A stretch of DNA of 63,764 nt, taken from the NCBI GenBank assembly GCA_937879845.1, contig CALFML010000356.1:1-63764 (forward strand). Reading direction: 5' to 3'. The notes under the pieces are model-generated. The model saw nothing but the letters and a program-made list of their open reading frames with translations. It was not told the origin of the DNA and searched no databases. The first letter of the stretch is position 1, and every line of letters starts with the position of its first letter. Below, piece after piece: positions 1 through 9,306 of this stretch. The stretch comes from an uncultured Myxococcales bacterium (GTDB taxonomy: Bacteria > Myxococcota_A > Polyangia > Palsa-1104 > JAEUJZ01). The translations under genes and the position numbers were made by a program.

Positions 1-686
1 AGAGCTTCCTGCAGCCGCTGGCGATCATGATGTCGCTGCCGCTGTCGATGATCGGCGTGTTCTTCGCCATGCTGGTGTCGCGCGGGACGATCAACATGAT
101 GACGATGATCGGCATCATCATGCTGATGGGCCTTGTCACCAAGAACGCCATCTTGCTCATCGACAACGCCAACCAGCGCCGGCAAGAGGGCGTGGACCGC
201 GCCGATGCGCTCATCACCGCCGGTGAGATCCGGCTGCGGCCGATCATCATGACGACCCTGGCGATGATCTTCGGCATGGTGCCGCTGGCGCTGGCGCTGG
301 GCGAAGGCTCGGAGTTCCGCGCCCCGATGGCGCGCGCGGTCATCGGCGGCCTGATTAGCTCGACCCTGCTGACCCTGGTGGTGGTGCCGGTGGTGTACAC
401 GTACCTCGATGGCATCGGCACGTTCTTTACCAAGCTTTGGAGCAAGGGTCAGCCGGAAGGCGGCGGGCATCACGTGATGGCGCATGGCTCCGGGCACGCC
501 ACGGACCTGGATCGGCCGGCAAGCTCGCACGCCGCGGGTCACGGCCCGTTGGATCTTCCCGGGGTCGTGACCCATGGTGCGGGCCACGGGCACGGGCACG
601 GGCACGGGCACTCGCACGCGGCCGCGCATGACGGCGGCGGGGGCGCTGATTCCGCGGGCTCTGGCACCGACTCCACCGGGGGTTGA
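1..686 (+). CDS. RND-family efflux permease, C-terminal fragment (5' end outside window) with His/Gly-rich tail
   Basis: Frame is open from the window edge (codon phase of nt 3). Sequence [49 protein letters not shown] is typical of the last TM helices of AcrB-type permeases. The tail reads [15 protein letters not shown]. Stop at 684-686. Confidence 0.85.
   Translation, partial: SFLQPLAIMMSLPLSMIGVFFAMLVSRGTINMMTMIGIIMLMGLVTKNAILLIDNANQRRQEGVDRADALITAGEIRLRPIIMTTLAMIFGMVPLALALGEGSEFRAPMARAVIGGLISSTLLTLVVVPVVYTYLDGIGTFFTKLWSKGQPEGGGHHVMAHGSGHATDLDRPASSHAAGHGPLDLPGVVTHGAGHGHGHGHGHSHAAAHDGGGGADSAGSGTDSTGG
582..617 (+). repeat. In-frame hexanucleotide microsatellite: (GGGCAC)x4 perfect plus two degenerate flanking units, encoding [12 protein letters not shown]
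   Basis: Read directly: ggccac gggcac gggcac gggcac gggcac tcgcac. Confidence 0.9.
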
Positions 687-792
687 CCGCACCCGCCTGC
701 GCGGTCGCCCCGTAACCCGCCATTCTCGCCCCGTAAATGTGCCGCCGCCGGCCGCAAGCCGGGGTAGTATCGCCTCCTTCAGTGAGGTGATC

Positions 793-1698
793 ATGTCGGC
801 CAAACCCAACCCATCCTCGTCGCCCTCTCGCACCGTGGTCTGCGGCCTCATCCAGATGGCCAACCCGCTCAACGATGAGTCCCGCCCGGTTCCCGAGATC
901 CAAGAGGCGATGTACCAGAAACATCTCCCGCTCATCCACGAGGCGGGAGCGCGCGGCGTCCGCATCCTGTGCCTGCAGGAGATCTTCAACGGCCCCTACT
1001 TCTGCCCCTCGCAGGACCGCCGCTGGTACGACGCCGCCGAGCCGGTGCCCGGCCCCATGGTCGAGCGCCTCGCCCCCATCGCCAAGCAGTACGGCATGGC
1101 CATGGTCGTCCCAGTCTATGAGCGGGCGCTGGCCGGCGTGTATTACAACACCGCCGCGGTGCTCGACCACGATGGGACCTATCTTGGAAAGTACCGCAAG
1201 ATTCACATTCCCCAGACCAGCGGCTTCTGGGAAAAGTACTTCTTCAAGCCGGGCAACCTCGGCTATCCGGTGTTCAAGCTGTCTTCGGGGATCACCATCG
1301 GCGTGTACATCTGCTACGACCGCCACTTCCCCGAAGGGGCGCGGGCCCTGGGTCTGCGCGGCGCCGAGATCGTATTTAATCCCTCGGCCACGGTGGCGGG
1401 GCTGTCGCAGTACCTGTGGAAGCTGGAGCAGCCGGCGCACGCGGTGGCCAACGGCTACTTCATGGGCTGCATCAACCGCGTCGGCACCGAGGGTCCGTGG
1501 AACATCGGCCGGTTCTACGGCTCAAGCTACTTCGTCGATCCGCGCGGCAACTTCCTCTCCGTGGCCAGCGAAGACAAGGACGAGCTCGTGGTCTCTGAGC
1601 TTGATCTGTCGATGATCGAAGAGGTCCGCCGCACCTGGCAGTTCTACCGCGACCGCCGCCCCGAGACCTACGACGACCTCACCGAGCACCTGCCGTAG
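793..1698 (+). CDS. Carbon-nitrogen hydrolase (nitrilase superfamily; beta-ureidopropionase / N-carbamoyl-amidase-like)
   Basis: ATG 793 is preceded by a tgaGGTGa SD; the ORF-track start at 574 runs through the upstream gene's tail. E-K-C triad contexts are LCLQEIF, YRKIHIP and VYICYDRHFPE. The C-terminus reads FYRDRRPETY. Confidence 0.85.
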   Translation: MSAKPNPSSSPSRTVVCGLIQMANPLNDESRPVPEIQEAMYQKHLPLIHEAGARGVRILCLQEIFNGPYFCPSQDRRWYDAAEPVPGPMVERLAPIAKQYGMAMVVPVYERALAGVYYNTAAVLDHDGTYLGKYRKIHIPQTSGFWEKYFFKPGNLGYPVFKLSSGITIGVYICYDRHFPEGARALGLRGAEIVFNPSATVAGLSQYLWKLEQPAHAVANGYFMGCINRVGTEGPWNIGRFYGSSYFVDPRGNFLSVASEDKDELVVSELDLSMIEEVRRTWQFYRDRRPETYDDLTEHLP

Positions 1699-1759
1699 CG
1701 CGTCCTTGAGTCCGTAAGCGGGCGGGCGGCGCGGCCTGCTAAGTGATAGGCCTTGCCGC

Positions 1760-2143
1760 TCAGCGCAGCGGCAGCAGGTTGCTGCAGCGCAGGGCGCGGC
1801 TGACCCGCTGCTGCAGCGCTTGCGGACTCGGCACAGGTTTGCAGACTACGTCACAGGCTCCTAGCTTCATCGCCTGCACCGCCAGCTCTGAGGTGCCAAA
1901 GGCGGTGATGACGATCGCGCTCATGTACGGACAGGCGGCGCGCGTCGCTTTGAGCAGCGCCATGCCGCCTGCGCCGGGCATCTTCAGGTCCGTAATCAGC
2001 AGGTCGTAGCTATGCCGGCGCAGGTTGGCAAACGCCTCCTCGCCGCTTGCCACCGCGGTGACCTCATGATAGACAAGCTCCAAGGTCTCAGCGATGAAGC
2101 TGCGGCAGCCCTCGTCATCGTCCACGACTAGAATCTGTGCCAT
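1760..2143 (-). CDS. Stand-alone CheY-like response-regulator receiver
   Basis: Receiver landmarks MAQILVVDDDE, DLLITDLKMPG, VITAFG and KLGACDVVCKP. Starts 9 nt after the stop of the upstream gene. Confidence 0.85.
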   Translation of the reverse strand: MAQILVVDDDEGCRSFIAETLELVYHEVTAVASGEEAFANLRRHSYDLLITDLKMPGAGGMALLKATRAACPYMSAIVITAFGTSELAVQAMKLGACDVVCKPVPSPQALQQRVSRALRCSNLLPLR

Positions 2144-2152
2144 CGTCGTCCC

Positions 2153-2758
2153 TCACAAAAGCCGCACGAGTCCCGCGGCCAGATCAACTTCTTTGCCCCC
2201 GATGAGCTGCACGATGCGCAGCTCATAGGTGTGGCCGCCGCGGAATCCATCGTCGGCGCTGAGCATCATCTTCATGACGATCCCATCGCCGCGCGGAATC
2301 GTCTCCTGCCACAGCGCCGTCACCACGTGCGTCGCGGGTGCCTGATCCGGATCCTCCGTGTCGCGCAGAATGAACAGCGCATTGCCGGCCGCCGCCTTCT
2401 GCGAAAACGCCGCATTCACCTGCACCGTCCACGGCCACGCGTCCGGATCCAGGCCGCGGCCGGCGTCCGCGGTACGCACCCGCACAAAGCCCGGCGACTC
2501 CAGGGCGGTGATCGGCGCCCCGGCCGCCAGCGCGAGCTGGTACGGCGCGGTCGCGGTGCCGGCCCCCCCAGGGCTTGTACACAGACCGCCGGGCGCGGTG
2601 CAGCGCTCGCCGGCGGGTGCCGGACCCTGGACCCGGATCTGGTGGCGCTCCGATTCGTCTTCCGGTCCGTCGCCCGGCGCCGCGTGCCCGATGGCAGAGG
2701 CCAAGCAAATCGACAGCGGGATCGTCGCTCGCAGCACAGTATTGATTCTGGTCCGCAT
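2153..2758 (-). CDS. Secreted hypothetical protein
   Basis: ATG 2758 with AAGGAGG 6 nt upstream. Signal peptide MRTRINTVLRATIPLSICLASAIGHA. The track start at 2863 is a TTG located upstream of the predicted promoter. Confidence 0.6.
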   Translation of the reverse strand: MRTRINTVLRATIPLSICLASAIGHAAPGDGPEDESERHQIRVQGPAPAGERCTAPGGLCTSPGGAGTATAPYQLALAAGAPITALESPGFVRVRTADAGRGLDPDAWPWTVQVNAAFSQKAAAGNALFILRDTEDPDQAPATHVVTALWQETIPRGDGIVMKMMLSADDGFRGGHTYELRIVQLIGGKEVDLAAGLVRLL

Positions 2759-2842
2759 GGTGCGCCTCCTTAAACCTTCCCAAGACCTGCCTGCAACCAA
2801 GAAGCGGGTCGCGGAGTCTACGCCGCGACTGACTGGACGCAC

Positions 2843-2859
2843 TTGCAACGCACGTACCA
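2843..2859 (-). promoter_or_regulatory. sigma54-type -24/-12 promoter candidate (TGGTAC-N5-TTGCA)
   Basis: Minus strand reads ctttgcTGGTACgtgcgTTGCAagt. GG and GC cores have consensus spacing, with one mismatch (T for C) in the -24 hexamer. About 85 nt upstream of ATG 2758. Confidence 0.5.
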
Positions 2860-2994
2860 GCAAAGGAGCGGCCGCTAGCGGCGCCGGATTGTCTTGGGAT
2901 TACGAGGAGATGGCGAGACGGGAGTCCGCCGGCTCTAGGCCGCGGAGCGCAGGACGTGCGAAATTTTGCCGAAGCAGATGCGGATTCCGCAGTG

Positions 2995-3804
2995 CTACTG
3001 GGCGCGCGTCGCGGCGGTCGCCACGGTCACCCGCCCGAGCGCATCGACCACCGTGGCATGGACGGTGACGGCGCCGGGAGCAAACGGATGCACGACCGGT
3101 CCGGCGGCGCTTTGGGCGATGTAGCCGCCATCGGCGCGCAGGGTGTAGGTGGCGCCGCCGGGAATCGCCAGGGCCACGCTGCCGCCTTTTCGCGCATCGA
3201 TCGCCGCCGGCAGCCGTACGGTAGCCGCGGGGAACGCCGGCGCCCCGGAGACCATCGCGGCGCGCACAAGTGAAGCGATGGCCGCAGCCGACAGACCCGG
3301 CACCGTATCGAGCACGCTCACCGAATAGGCGAGGTTGGACTGCGCCGCCACCACGATCGCCGTTCCCTTGCCGCCGTCATCCGCCCACGCAGTCTCGCCC
3401 AGGGTCGGATCGAGCGCCGGAACCAGCACCGTCGCGACCCCGTGCAGCTCGGCATCGATGTCCTGCCGCGCCGCATCGGCTTCGGCAAACATCGCCAGGT
3501 GGATCAGAACCCGCACGGCGCCGGAGCGCTCGGCGAAGCTCAGCACGATCCCGCCATCGGCCGCGGCGCGATCGCTGCGGGCGCTCAGCTGCAGACCCGG
3601 CAGGACGAGCTTGGCCAGATCGATTCCTGCAATCGCGCCGCGCGCCGGCCGCGCAGCTAGAGGATAGGAAGCGCGAAACGCCGCGTCCACATTCCCCGCC
3701 GCGGGCGGGCTCTTGCTCCCGGCCAGCGCCGCACCGCTTGCCAGAAGTCCACAAGCTCCGGCCAGGGCAACGATGAGCTTTCGCAATTTTGCTTCAGCGC
3801 GCAT
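2995..3804 (-). CDS. Secreted hypothetical protein
   Basis: ATG 3804 gives MRAEAKLRKLIVALAGACGLLASGAALAG (signal or lipoprotein-like). Overlaps the upstream gene's stop by 11 nt. No recognisable domain. Confidence 0.55.
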   Translation of the reverse strand: MRAEAKLRKLIVALAGACGLLASGAALAGSKSPPAAGNVDAAFRASYPLAARPARGAIAGIDLAKLVLPGLQLSARSDRAAADGGIVLSFAERSGAVRVLIHLAMFAEADAARQDIDAELHGVATVLVPALDPTLGETAWADDGGKGTAIVVAAQSNLAYSVSVLDTVPGLSAAAIASLVRAAMVSGAPAFPAATVRLPAAIDARKGGSVALAIPGGATYTLRADGGYIAQSAAGPVVHPFAPGAVTVHATVVDALGRVTVATAATRAQ

Positions 3805-5575
3805 GGGTGAGCTGGTCCTTGTATTGGTAGATCGGAGTTCCGGTTGTAAACGTCGGGGAGAGCCGCGTGAGGTAGTCGTCACCGGTCAGATCCTGCACCA
3901 GCTTGCGGGTCTGCGGCGCGACCTTGGGATCGCCATCGCCGTCGACCGCCAGCGTCGCGTCATCGATCGTCAGCGCCTCATCCGGTGTGGTGACGGAGTG
4001 GTAGCTGAACGAGTAGCGCCCGCTGTCAAACGGCGAGCCGAAGCTCATGGCGCCGATTCCCTGGATGGGATTGAGCATGAAGTTCCAGCCGATGATGGCG
4101 TAGTGGAGCTTGGCGCCGATCATGTTGGCGTACGTGGACAGGATGCTCGCGCAGTCGCTGCAGTTTACGATCTTGCCGCGCGACCTCTCCAGAAACGCCG
4201 CCAGAGAGAACGTCGCGCTCGCCCAGCCGCCGCCGGCATATTTGGTGTAATGGGAGGCGCCGGACTTGCGATCGTAGGTGAGTCCCATCTCTTCATTTAC
4301 GTACTGGACCAGGATGGCCCGCGCCGCCGCGGCATCGCTCGCCTTGCCGGCGATGCGGACCGTCGCTTCATCGACCACCGCGACCCAGGGCAGATCCGGC
4401 GCCGCGGTGCCCTGCTCGTTGCCCAGGACGCCGTAGAAGCGCAGCGTGACCGACTGCTCACTGCCGGGGATGCGGACGTAGCTGCCGCCCTCCGTCTTGG
4501 CTTCGAAGTGCCAGGCCACGGCTTGATCAACGCGGGCAATCGCCGCCACCGGGGATGCGGCAAGGCGCACCGTGGCCTCGCCGCCCTCGGTCACAAGCGC
4601 GTCATCGCTGCCCGGCGTGCCATCGACCACAAGGCGGATCGGCGGGCGGCCGTCCGCCGCAAGTCCGGTCGGCTGCAGCGCCGCCAGCCCCTGGGCGGTC
4701 TTTCCCATCGTGAACACCAGATCCGGCCGCGTACCCAAAAGGAGCGACACCGGAATCGTGTAGCCGCTCTGGCTTACGGCGCCGCTGCCCGGGTCCACCG
4801 GAGGCGTTTCCAGATCGGCCCACGGCTTGTCGGGAAACAGGCGCGGGGTGCCGTCCGGCTGATCCAGATCCGACTCTCCGGTCGCGGCGGCCAGGGAGCT
4901 TGCCGCCATCGTGGCGGGGATCGGGAAGTAGTTGTCGGCGCGGTGCCCGAGCGCGTGGTACATAAGCGGGACTCGCCCGCCGCCATCGCCGTCCTTGACC
5001 CCGATCCGGGTCGCGCCAAGGCGCACGAGATAAAGCGCGGCGGTCGCGCTCTTGCTCTCGCCCGGCGTCTGGCTGGGGCAGCCGACTTCCGCCTTGAGCC
5101 GCACAAGCCCTGTGCTCAGATCCTTCTGCGTGGCCGGCGTAAACTGCAGCGGCACCATGCCGAGCGGCGCCGGTGCGTCCATCAAGGTCGCGATGAGCGT
5201 CCCATCGGCCTTGGCCAGGGTGACGCGCAGCGGATGCGGCCCCTTCTCCCCGCCGCTATCCCCGAGCACGACCGCGAACGGCAGCGGCGCCGACGATCGC
5301 AGCTCGGCGACCGGCAGCGGCAAGTCGAGCTTCGCGCTCGGGTTGCAAGCCACGCTCACCATCGCGAGATCGGGGACCTCGGGCGGCGCGGGCGGCGCGG
5401 CCAGGTCCGCGGCGGCGGGCGCCCCGTCCGGCTCCCCCGGATCCGAGCACGCCCCAAGCGTCCCCACGATCCCGAGCCCAAGACCCAGCGTCAGCCTGAG
5501 CCCGAATGCGGCTGGCCCAGAGGATAGAGATGACCCAGAGGACATAAAAGACCAAGTTGAGAGCTTCCGCGGCAC
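3794..5575 (-). CDS. Lipoprotein with a C-terminal transglutaminase-like (Cys-His-Asp) core
   Basis: GTG 5575 with AAGGAGG 7 nt upstream. Lipobox GTLGAC. C-terminal GKIVNCSDCASILSTYANMIGAKLHYAIIG..SYHSVTT..TIDDAT resembles the papain-like transglutaminase core. The functional call is tentative. Confidence 0.6.
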   Translation of the reverse strand: MPRKLSTWSFMSSGSSLSSGPAAFGLRLTLGLGLGIVGTLGACSDPGEPDGAPAAADLAAPPAPPEVPDLAMVSVACNPSAKLDLPLPVAELRSSAPLPFAVVLGDSGGEKGPHPLRVTLAKADGTLIATLMDAPAPLGMVPLQFTPATQKDLSTGLVRLKAEVGCPSQTPGESKSATAALYLVRLGATRIGVKDGDGGGRVPLMYHALGHRADNYFPIPATMAASSLAAATGESDLDQPDGTPRLFPDKPWADLETPPVDPGSGAVSQSGYTIPVSLLLGTRPDLVFTMGKTAQGLAALQPTGLAADGRPPIRLVVDGTPGSDDALVTEGGEATVRLAASPVAAIARVDQAVAWHFEAKTEGGSYVRIPGSEQSVTLRFYGVLGNEQGTAAPDLPWVAVVDEATVRIAGKASDAAAARAILVQYVNEEMGLTYDRKSGASHYTKYAGGGWASATFSLAAFLERSRGKIVNCSDCASILSTYANMIGAKLHYAIIGWNFMLNPIQGIGAMSFGSPFDSGRYSFSYHSVTTPDEALTIDDATLAVDGDGDPKVAPQTRKLVQDLTGDDYLTRLSPTFTTGTPIYQYKDQLTHAR

Positions 5576-5736
5576 CGGAACGCCTCCTTACAAGCGGGGC
5601 CGCATCGTACCGTCATTTCCCTGATTTAAAAGCGCTTCGTCCGTATATTTGAATATGAATAAGTACAGCCATCGGGCCGCGCCGCGCCGGCTTGTTTGCC
5701 GCGGTCCGCGCCATGCTGCTAGGGTAAAAGATTAAG

Positions 5737-7572
5737 ATGGGTGAGTCGGCAAGGGTCACAAGGTTGCGCGCGCGCTGGCTGCTACTGGGGCTTGGACTTT
5801 CGGGGGCGAGCCTGGGACTTTCCGCGCTGCTCGGGCGCGGGGCGCGGGCGGCGGAGGCGGCGGACGCCGTGCCGCAAGGGGCAACGGTGCGCCTCACGGT
5901 CGATCGGCCGGAGGTCTTTTTAGGGGAGAACGTGCTTGTCCACTTCACCCTGGAGAACACCGGAACCCAGCCGTTTACGATGTCGTTCGGCGGCGACTAT
6001 CGTGGCTCCAGCCGCGCCCTGCGCTTCCGCGTCACCGCGGTGGATGAAAAAGGCCAGGAAGCAGAGGACCCCGATCCCTCTCCCATAAACTTCGGCGGGC
6101 TCGGGGGGACGCGCACGCTCAAGCCGGGAGAGAAGTTTATCGACTCCTTGCCGCTCATGCGCTACCGCCAGATCGAACGGCCGGGGCGCTATACGATCCG
6201 CGCCACCCACGACTTTGGCTGGAAGGAAGGCGCGCGCAAATACCCGGTCGGGCAGACCGCGATCACCTTCCGCATGCCGAGCGCCGCCGACGCCGAGCGG
6301 GTGCTCGCCCAGATGGAGAAGCTGCCCACCGATCCCAACGTATCGGTAGGTGAAAAGTCTCGCGACTACGCCGACTTCAGCTGCCTTGTGCAGCCGGTGT
6401 ATCTGGGACCGCTCGTGCGCCGGGTCAAGACCGGAGCCGCGTACGCCATGCAGGGCCTAGGGCGGATTCCCACGCCCGCGGCCACCGCGGCGCTCATCGA
6501 GCTGGCGGGCGGCGGCGATGCCGGCGTGGCGCGGGCGGCGGCGGAAGCGCTCATCGGGCGGCTGCCTCTGCCGGAAAAAAGACCCGGCGGCGCGCAGTTT
6601 GGCGAGGCGATCCGTGAGCGGCTGGCGGCGCGAGCGTTCGGACCGGCGCTCGTGCCGGCGGTGCATGCGCTCTCCGGCCGCTTGCTCGGGAGCAAGCAGC
6701 GGGCAGAGCTCGGGCTTGGCGCGGCGATGATGCAGGTCGTCGGTGAAAAGGCGGATGCGCCGCGGGTCTTGGCGGCCCTGGAGCGGGCGCTGGAGCTTAT
6801 GATCGAAGAGCGCCGCGATCCTAAGGACAACATCCTCGATCTCCCGGAGCCGCTGCCCGAGCTGCTGCGCGCCATGCTGGCCCTGCGCAAGCGCGGCTTT
6901 GCGCTCGGACAAGATCTGCAAGGGGAGTCGCAGATCTTCCTTTACTTCACCTGGCTGGACGGGGCGCCGCCGCCGCGGCCGCCGCGCTATCAGCAGATCT
7001 TGGAGGCGTTCGGACCCAATGCCCGGTTCCCGGTGCGCGAGGCGGCGCTGCGCTCGATTCCCGATCCGGTGCCGCCGTTTGCGCGAGAGCTCGTCCTGCG
7101 CGGCTTGTCCGATCCCGACCTCGGGGTCAGCCGCGCCGCCTGCGCCGCCGCGCGCCGCTCCGGCGACCGGCGGTTCCTAAAACCGCTCCTAGAGCTCATC
7201 GCCACCGAGCACCACGAGTGGCTGCTGCGCGAGGCGAGCGATGCCGCCCGCGCGCTCGGCGCCGGGGTGGAGCTCCTGACGACTTGGGCCGACCGCCTGG
7301 GCGAGGATCCGATTTACGCCATCGCGCTCGACAGCTTGGAGACCGTGATCGCCGACCTGCCCGGCGGCAGCTCCGGCCGCACCGACTTGACGCGCAGCGA
7401 GCGCTTGGCGTTGCGCGCCGCCTGGAAGGAGTTCCTTTCCCGGCATGCGGCGGCGCTGCGCAGCGGCCACCGCTTCAAGCTCGGCGATCCGAACCTGTCT
7501 CCGGCGCTGTTCGGCCGCGCCCGCAGCTGGGTTCTGCCCAGCGGCAAGAGCTGGCCGGCGGAGACTCCCTAA
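5737..7572 (+). CDS. Secreted protein with an N-terminal beta-sandwich-like region and HEAT/ARM-like repeats
   Basis: ATG 5737. RR-containing signal RLRARWLLLGLGLSGASLGLSALLGRGARAAEA. HEAT-like segments include LGRIPTPAATAALIELAGGGDAGVARAAAEALIGRL and LRGLSDPDLGVSRAACAAARRSGDRRFLKPLLELI. Confidence 0.65.
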   Translation: MGESARVTRLRARWLLLGLGLSGASLGLSALLGRGARAAEAADAVPQGATVRLTVDRPEVFLGENVLVHFTLENTGTQPFTMSFGGDYRGSSRALRFRVTAVDEKGQEAEDPDPSPINFGGLGGTRTLKPGEKFIDSLPLMRYRQIERPGRYTIRATHDFGWKEGARKYPVGQTAITFRMPSAADAERVLAQMEKLPTDPNVSVGEKSRDYADFSCLVQPVYLGPLVRRVKTGAAYAMQGLGRIPTPAATAALIELAGGGDAGVARAAAEALIGRLPLPEKRPGGAQFGEAIRERLAARAFGPALVPAVHALSGRLLGSKQRAELGLGAAMMQVVGEKADAPRVLAALERALELMIEERRDPKDNILDLPEPLPELLRAMLALRKRGFALGQDLQGESQIFLYFTWLDGAPPPRPPRYQQILEAFGPNARFPVREAALRSIPDPVPPFARELVLRGLSDPDLGVSRAACAAARRSGDRRFLKPLLELIATEHHEWLLREASDAARALGAGVELLTTWADRLGEDPIYAIALDSLETVIADLPGGSSGRTDLTRSERLALRAAWKEFLSRHAAALRSGHRFKLGDPNLSPALFGRARSWVLPSGKSWPAETP

Positions 7573-8162
7573 TGCGGCGCCGGCTTGTTCAGCACAAGCT
7601 CTGAGAGCAACACCAGCGCCCGCCGCAGACCGCCGGTGAGCGCGCGCGAGGAGATCGTCGCCCCGGAGACCGCGGTGATGTCGCCTTCCAGCATGAGCGG
7701 ATCCGCTACGGTCTTGCCGACAAACTGCTTGCGGAAGCGGGCATCGGTGACTTCGCTGCCGTAGTTTTCCCGGTACACCATGATCTCCAGCTGCTGCACC
7801 ACCCCTTGCGGCGAGAACTTGATGGCATAGGTAATCGGCATGTACTGTCCCATCGACTCATCGATGAGCGCGTAGCCGTCCAGGGTCTCTCCGGTGAGCG
7901 CGTAATAGAAGACATACCCGTCCTTGGGCAGCGCCGCCCCGAGCTTCTGCGCCAGCTTGCCGCGGACCTCCGGCGTCAGATCGAAGCGGCGATACGTGAC
8001 GCGCTGGCTGGCCGGAAAAAATCGCGCCAGCACGGTCCGCGGCGTGTAATAAGTCTGCCCACTCGCCGACGGCAACGTAATAAAAATCCCAACCAGTACG
8101 AGGACCACGCCGGCCCACGCACGGAGCTGTCCAAGACGCCTGCAACTGGATAGCGGCCTCAT
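7569..8162 (-). CDS. Membrane-anchored FMN-bind domain protein (putative flavinylation substrate)
   Basis: N-terminal TM helix AWAGVVLVLVGIFITL. C-terminal GDITAVSGATISSRALTGG matches the FMN_bind motif seen in NqrC, RnfG and NosR. ATGA overlap with the upstream peroxidase gene. Confidence 0.7.
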   Translation of the reverse strand: MRPLSSCRRLGQLRAWAGVVLVLVGIFITLPSASGQTYYTPRTVLARFFPASQRVTYRRFDLTPEVRGKLAQKLGAALPKDGYVFYYALTGETLDGYALIDESMGQYMPITYAIKFSPQGVVQQLEIMVYRENYGSEVTDARFRKQFVGKTVADPLMLEGDITAVSGATISSRALTGGLRRALVLLSELVLNKPAPH

Positions 8163-9292
8163 TTTTTTCCCGCGACGCCTCCTACCGTAAGACCGCTTGG
8201 CACTGCGTTTGGCGCTACCGGAAGCGTCGATAGATCCGTCAGCCCTTCGCGCAGGAAGGTAAGAAGCGACTGCTTTTCCGCATCGCTGAGAAAAAGAGGT
8301 CCCTGGCGCATCACCGGATCCAGGTTCGGCACCGCATAGCCCTGACCGGGACCGGCGCCCTTGTCATAAAAGTCCACGACCTCTTCCAAGGTAGAGAACG
8401 CGCCGTTGTGCATATACGGAGCGGTGTACGTGATGTTGCGCAGGGTCGGCGCTTTGAAGGCGTGCAAGGTGCTCGGGTCTTCCTCTATTCCGGCGACGCC
8501 GGCCCGTCCGCGGTCGGCGGTCAGGCGGCGGGGGAAGACGCCGCGCTCGGGAACGCCGGTGACCCGGAACTCGGTCTCGGTGAAGCTTGGTCCTTCGGTG
8601 CCGGCGAAGATCGGAACGTAGTGGCAGCGGCTGCAGCGCGCCTTGCCGAAGTACAGGTTGAACCCGGCCACGGCCTCTGCGCTCATCGCGGTGCTGTCGC
8701 CTTGCAGGTAGCGATCGGCCGGCGCGTCGTTGGCGGTGACGCTGCTGATGAAACAGGCGATGGCCCGCTGCAGCGTCGAAGCATCAAGGCCGCCGTAGGC
8801 CTGGGCGAAGCGCTGGCGATAGTCCGGCACCGCGCCCAGCTCCTGCAGCGCCTGCTCGATGGTGTTTCCCATCTCTTTGGGATTCTGAATCGGCTGCAGC
8901 GCCAGATCTTCAGCGCTGCGCGCCCGGCCGTCCCAGAACAGGACATGCTGGAAGCGGATGTTGAAGATGGTAGGCGAGGCCCGCGGCAGATCTCCGCCCG
9001 CCGGATCGGCCAGCGCCGCTCCCACCGGCAGACCGTCGGCCATCGCCAGATGCGGCTTGTGGCAGGTGGCGCACGCCACCTGATGGTTGGCGGACAAGAT
9101 CGGATCGAAGAACAGCAGGCGGCCAAGCTCCAGGCGCTGCGGCGATGGCTGGTTGTCACCGGGCAGCGGGAACGCCGCAAACGGAATGCGGTACAGGTTG
9201 GGACCGGGCGGCGGCGGCGCAACCTGGCCGCAGGCGGCGCTGGCGCCAAGAGCGGCGGCGATAAAGGCGGGCGAGAACCGGTGTGCCGACAT
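8159..9292 (-). CDS. Di-haem cytochrome c peroxidase (CCP/MauG family)
   Basis: Two CxxCH motifs (CATCHKPH and CSRCHYVP) with typical CCP spacing. N-terminal signal or lipobox GASAAC. GAGGGA SD before ATG 9292. Confidence 0.9.
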   Translation of the reverse strand: MSAHRFSPAFIAAALGASAACGQVAPPPPGPNLYRIPFAAFPLPGDNQPSPQRLELGRLLFFDPILSANHQVACATCHKPHLAMADGLPVGAALADPAGGDLPRASPTIFNIRFQHVLFWDGRARSAEDLALQPIQNPKEMGNTIEQALQELGAVPDYRQRFAQAYGGLDASTLQRAIACFISSVTANDAPADRYLQGDSTAMSAEAVAGFNLYFGKARCSRCHYVPIFAGTEGPSFTETEFRVTGVPERGVFPRRLTADRGRAGVAGIEEDPSTLHAFKAPTLRNITYTAPYMHNGAFSTLEEVVDFYDKGAGPGQGYAVPNLDPVMRQGPLFLSDAEKQSLLTFLREGLTDLSTLPVAPNAVPSGLTVGGVAGKK

Positions 9293-9306
9293 GGATTCCC
9301 TCGGGT

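Noticed and set aside
8198-8213. TGGCAC-tgcgt-TTGG on the plus strand.
   Set aside because: It lies inside the 3' end of the minus-strand peroxidase gene. No plus-strand gene follows for 3.5 kb, and the -12 GC is replaced by GG.
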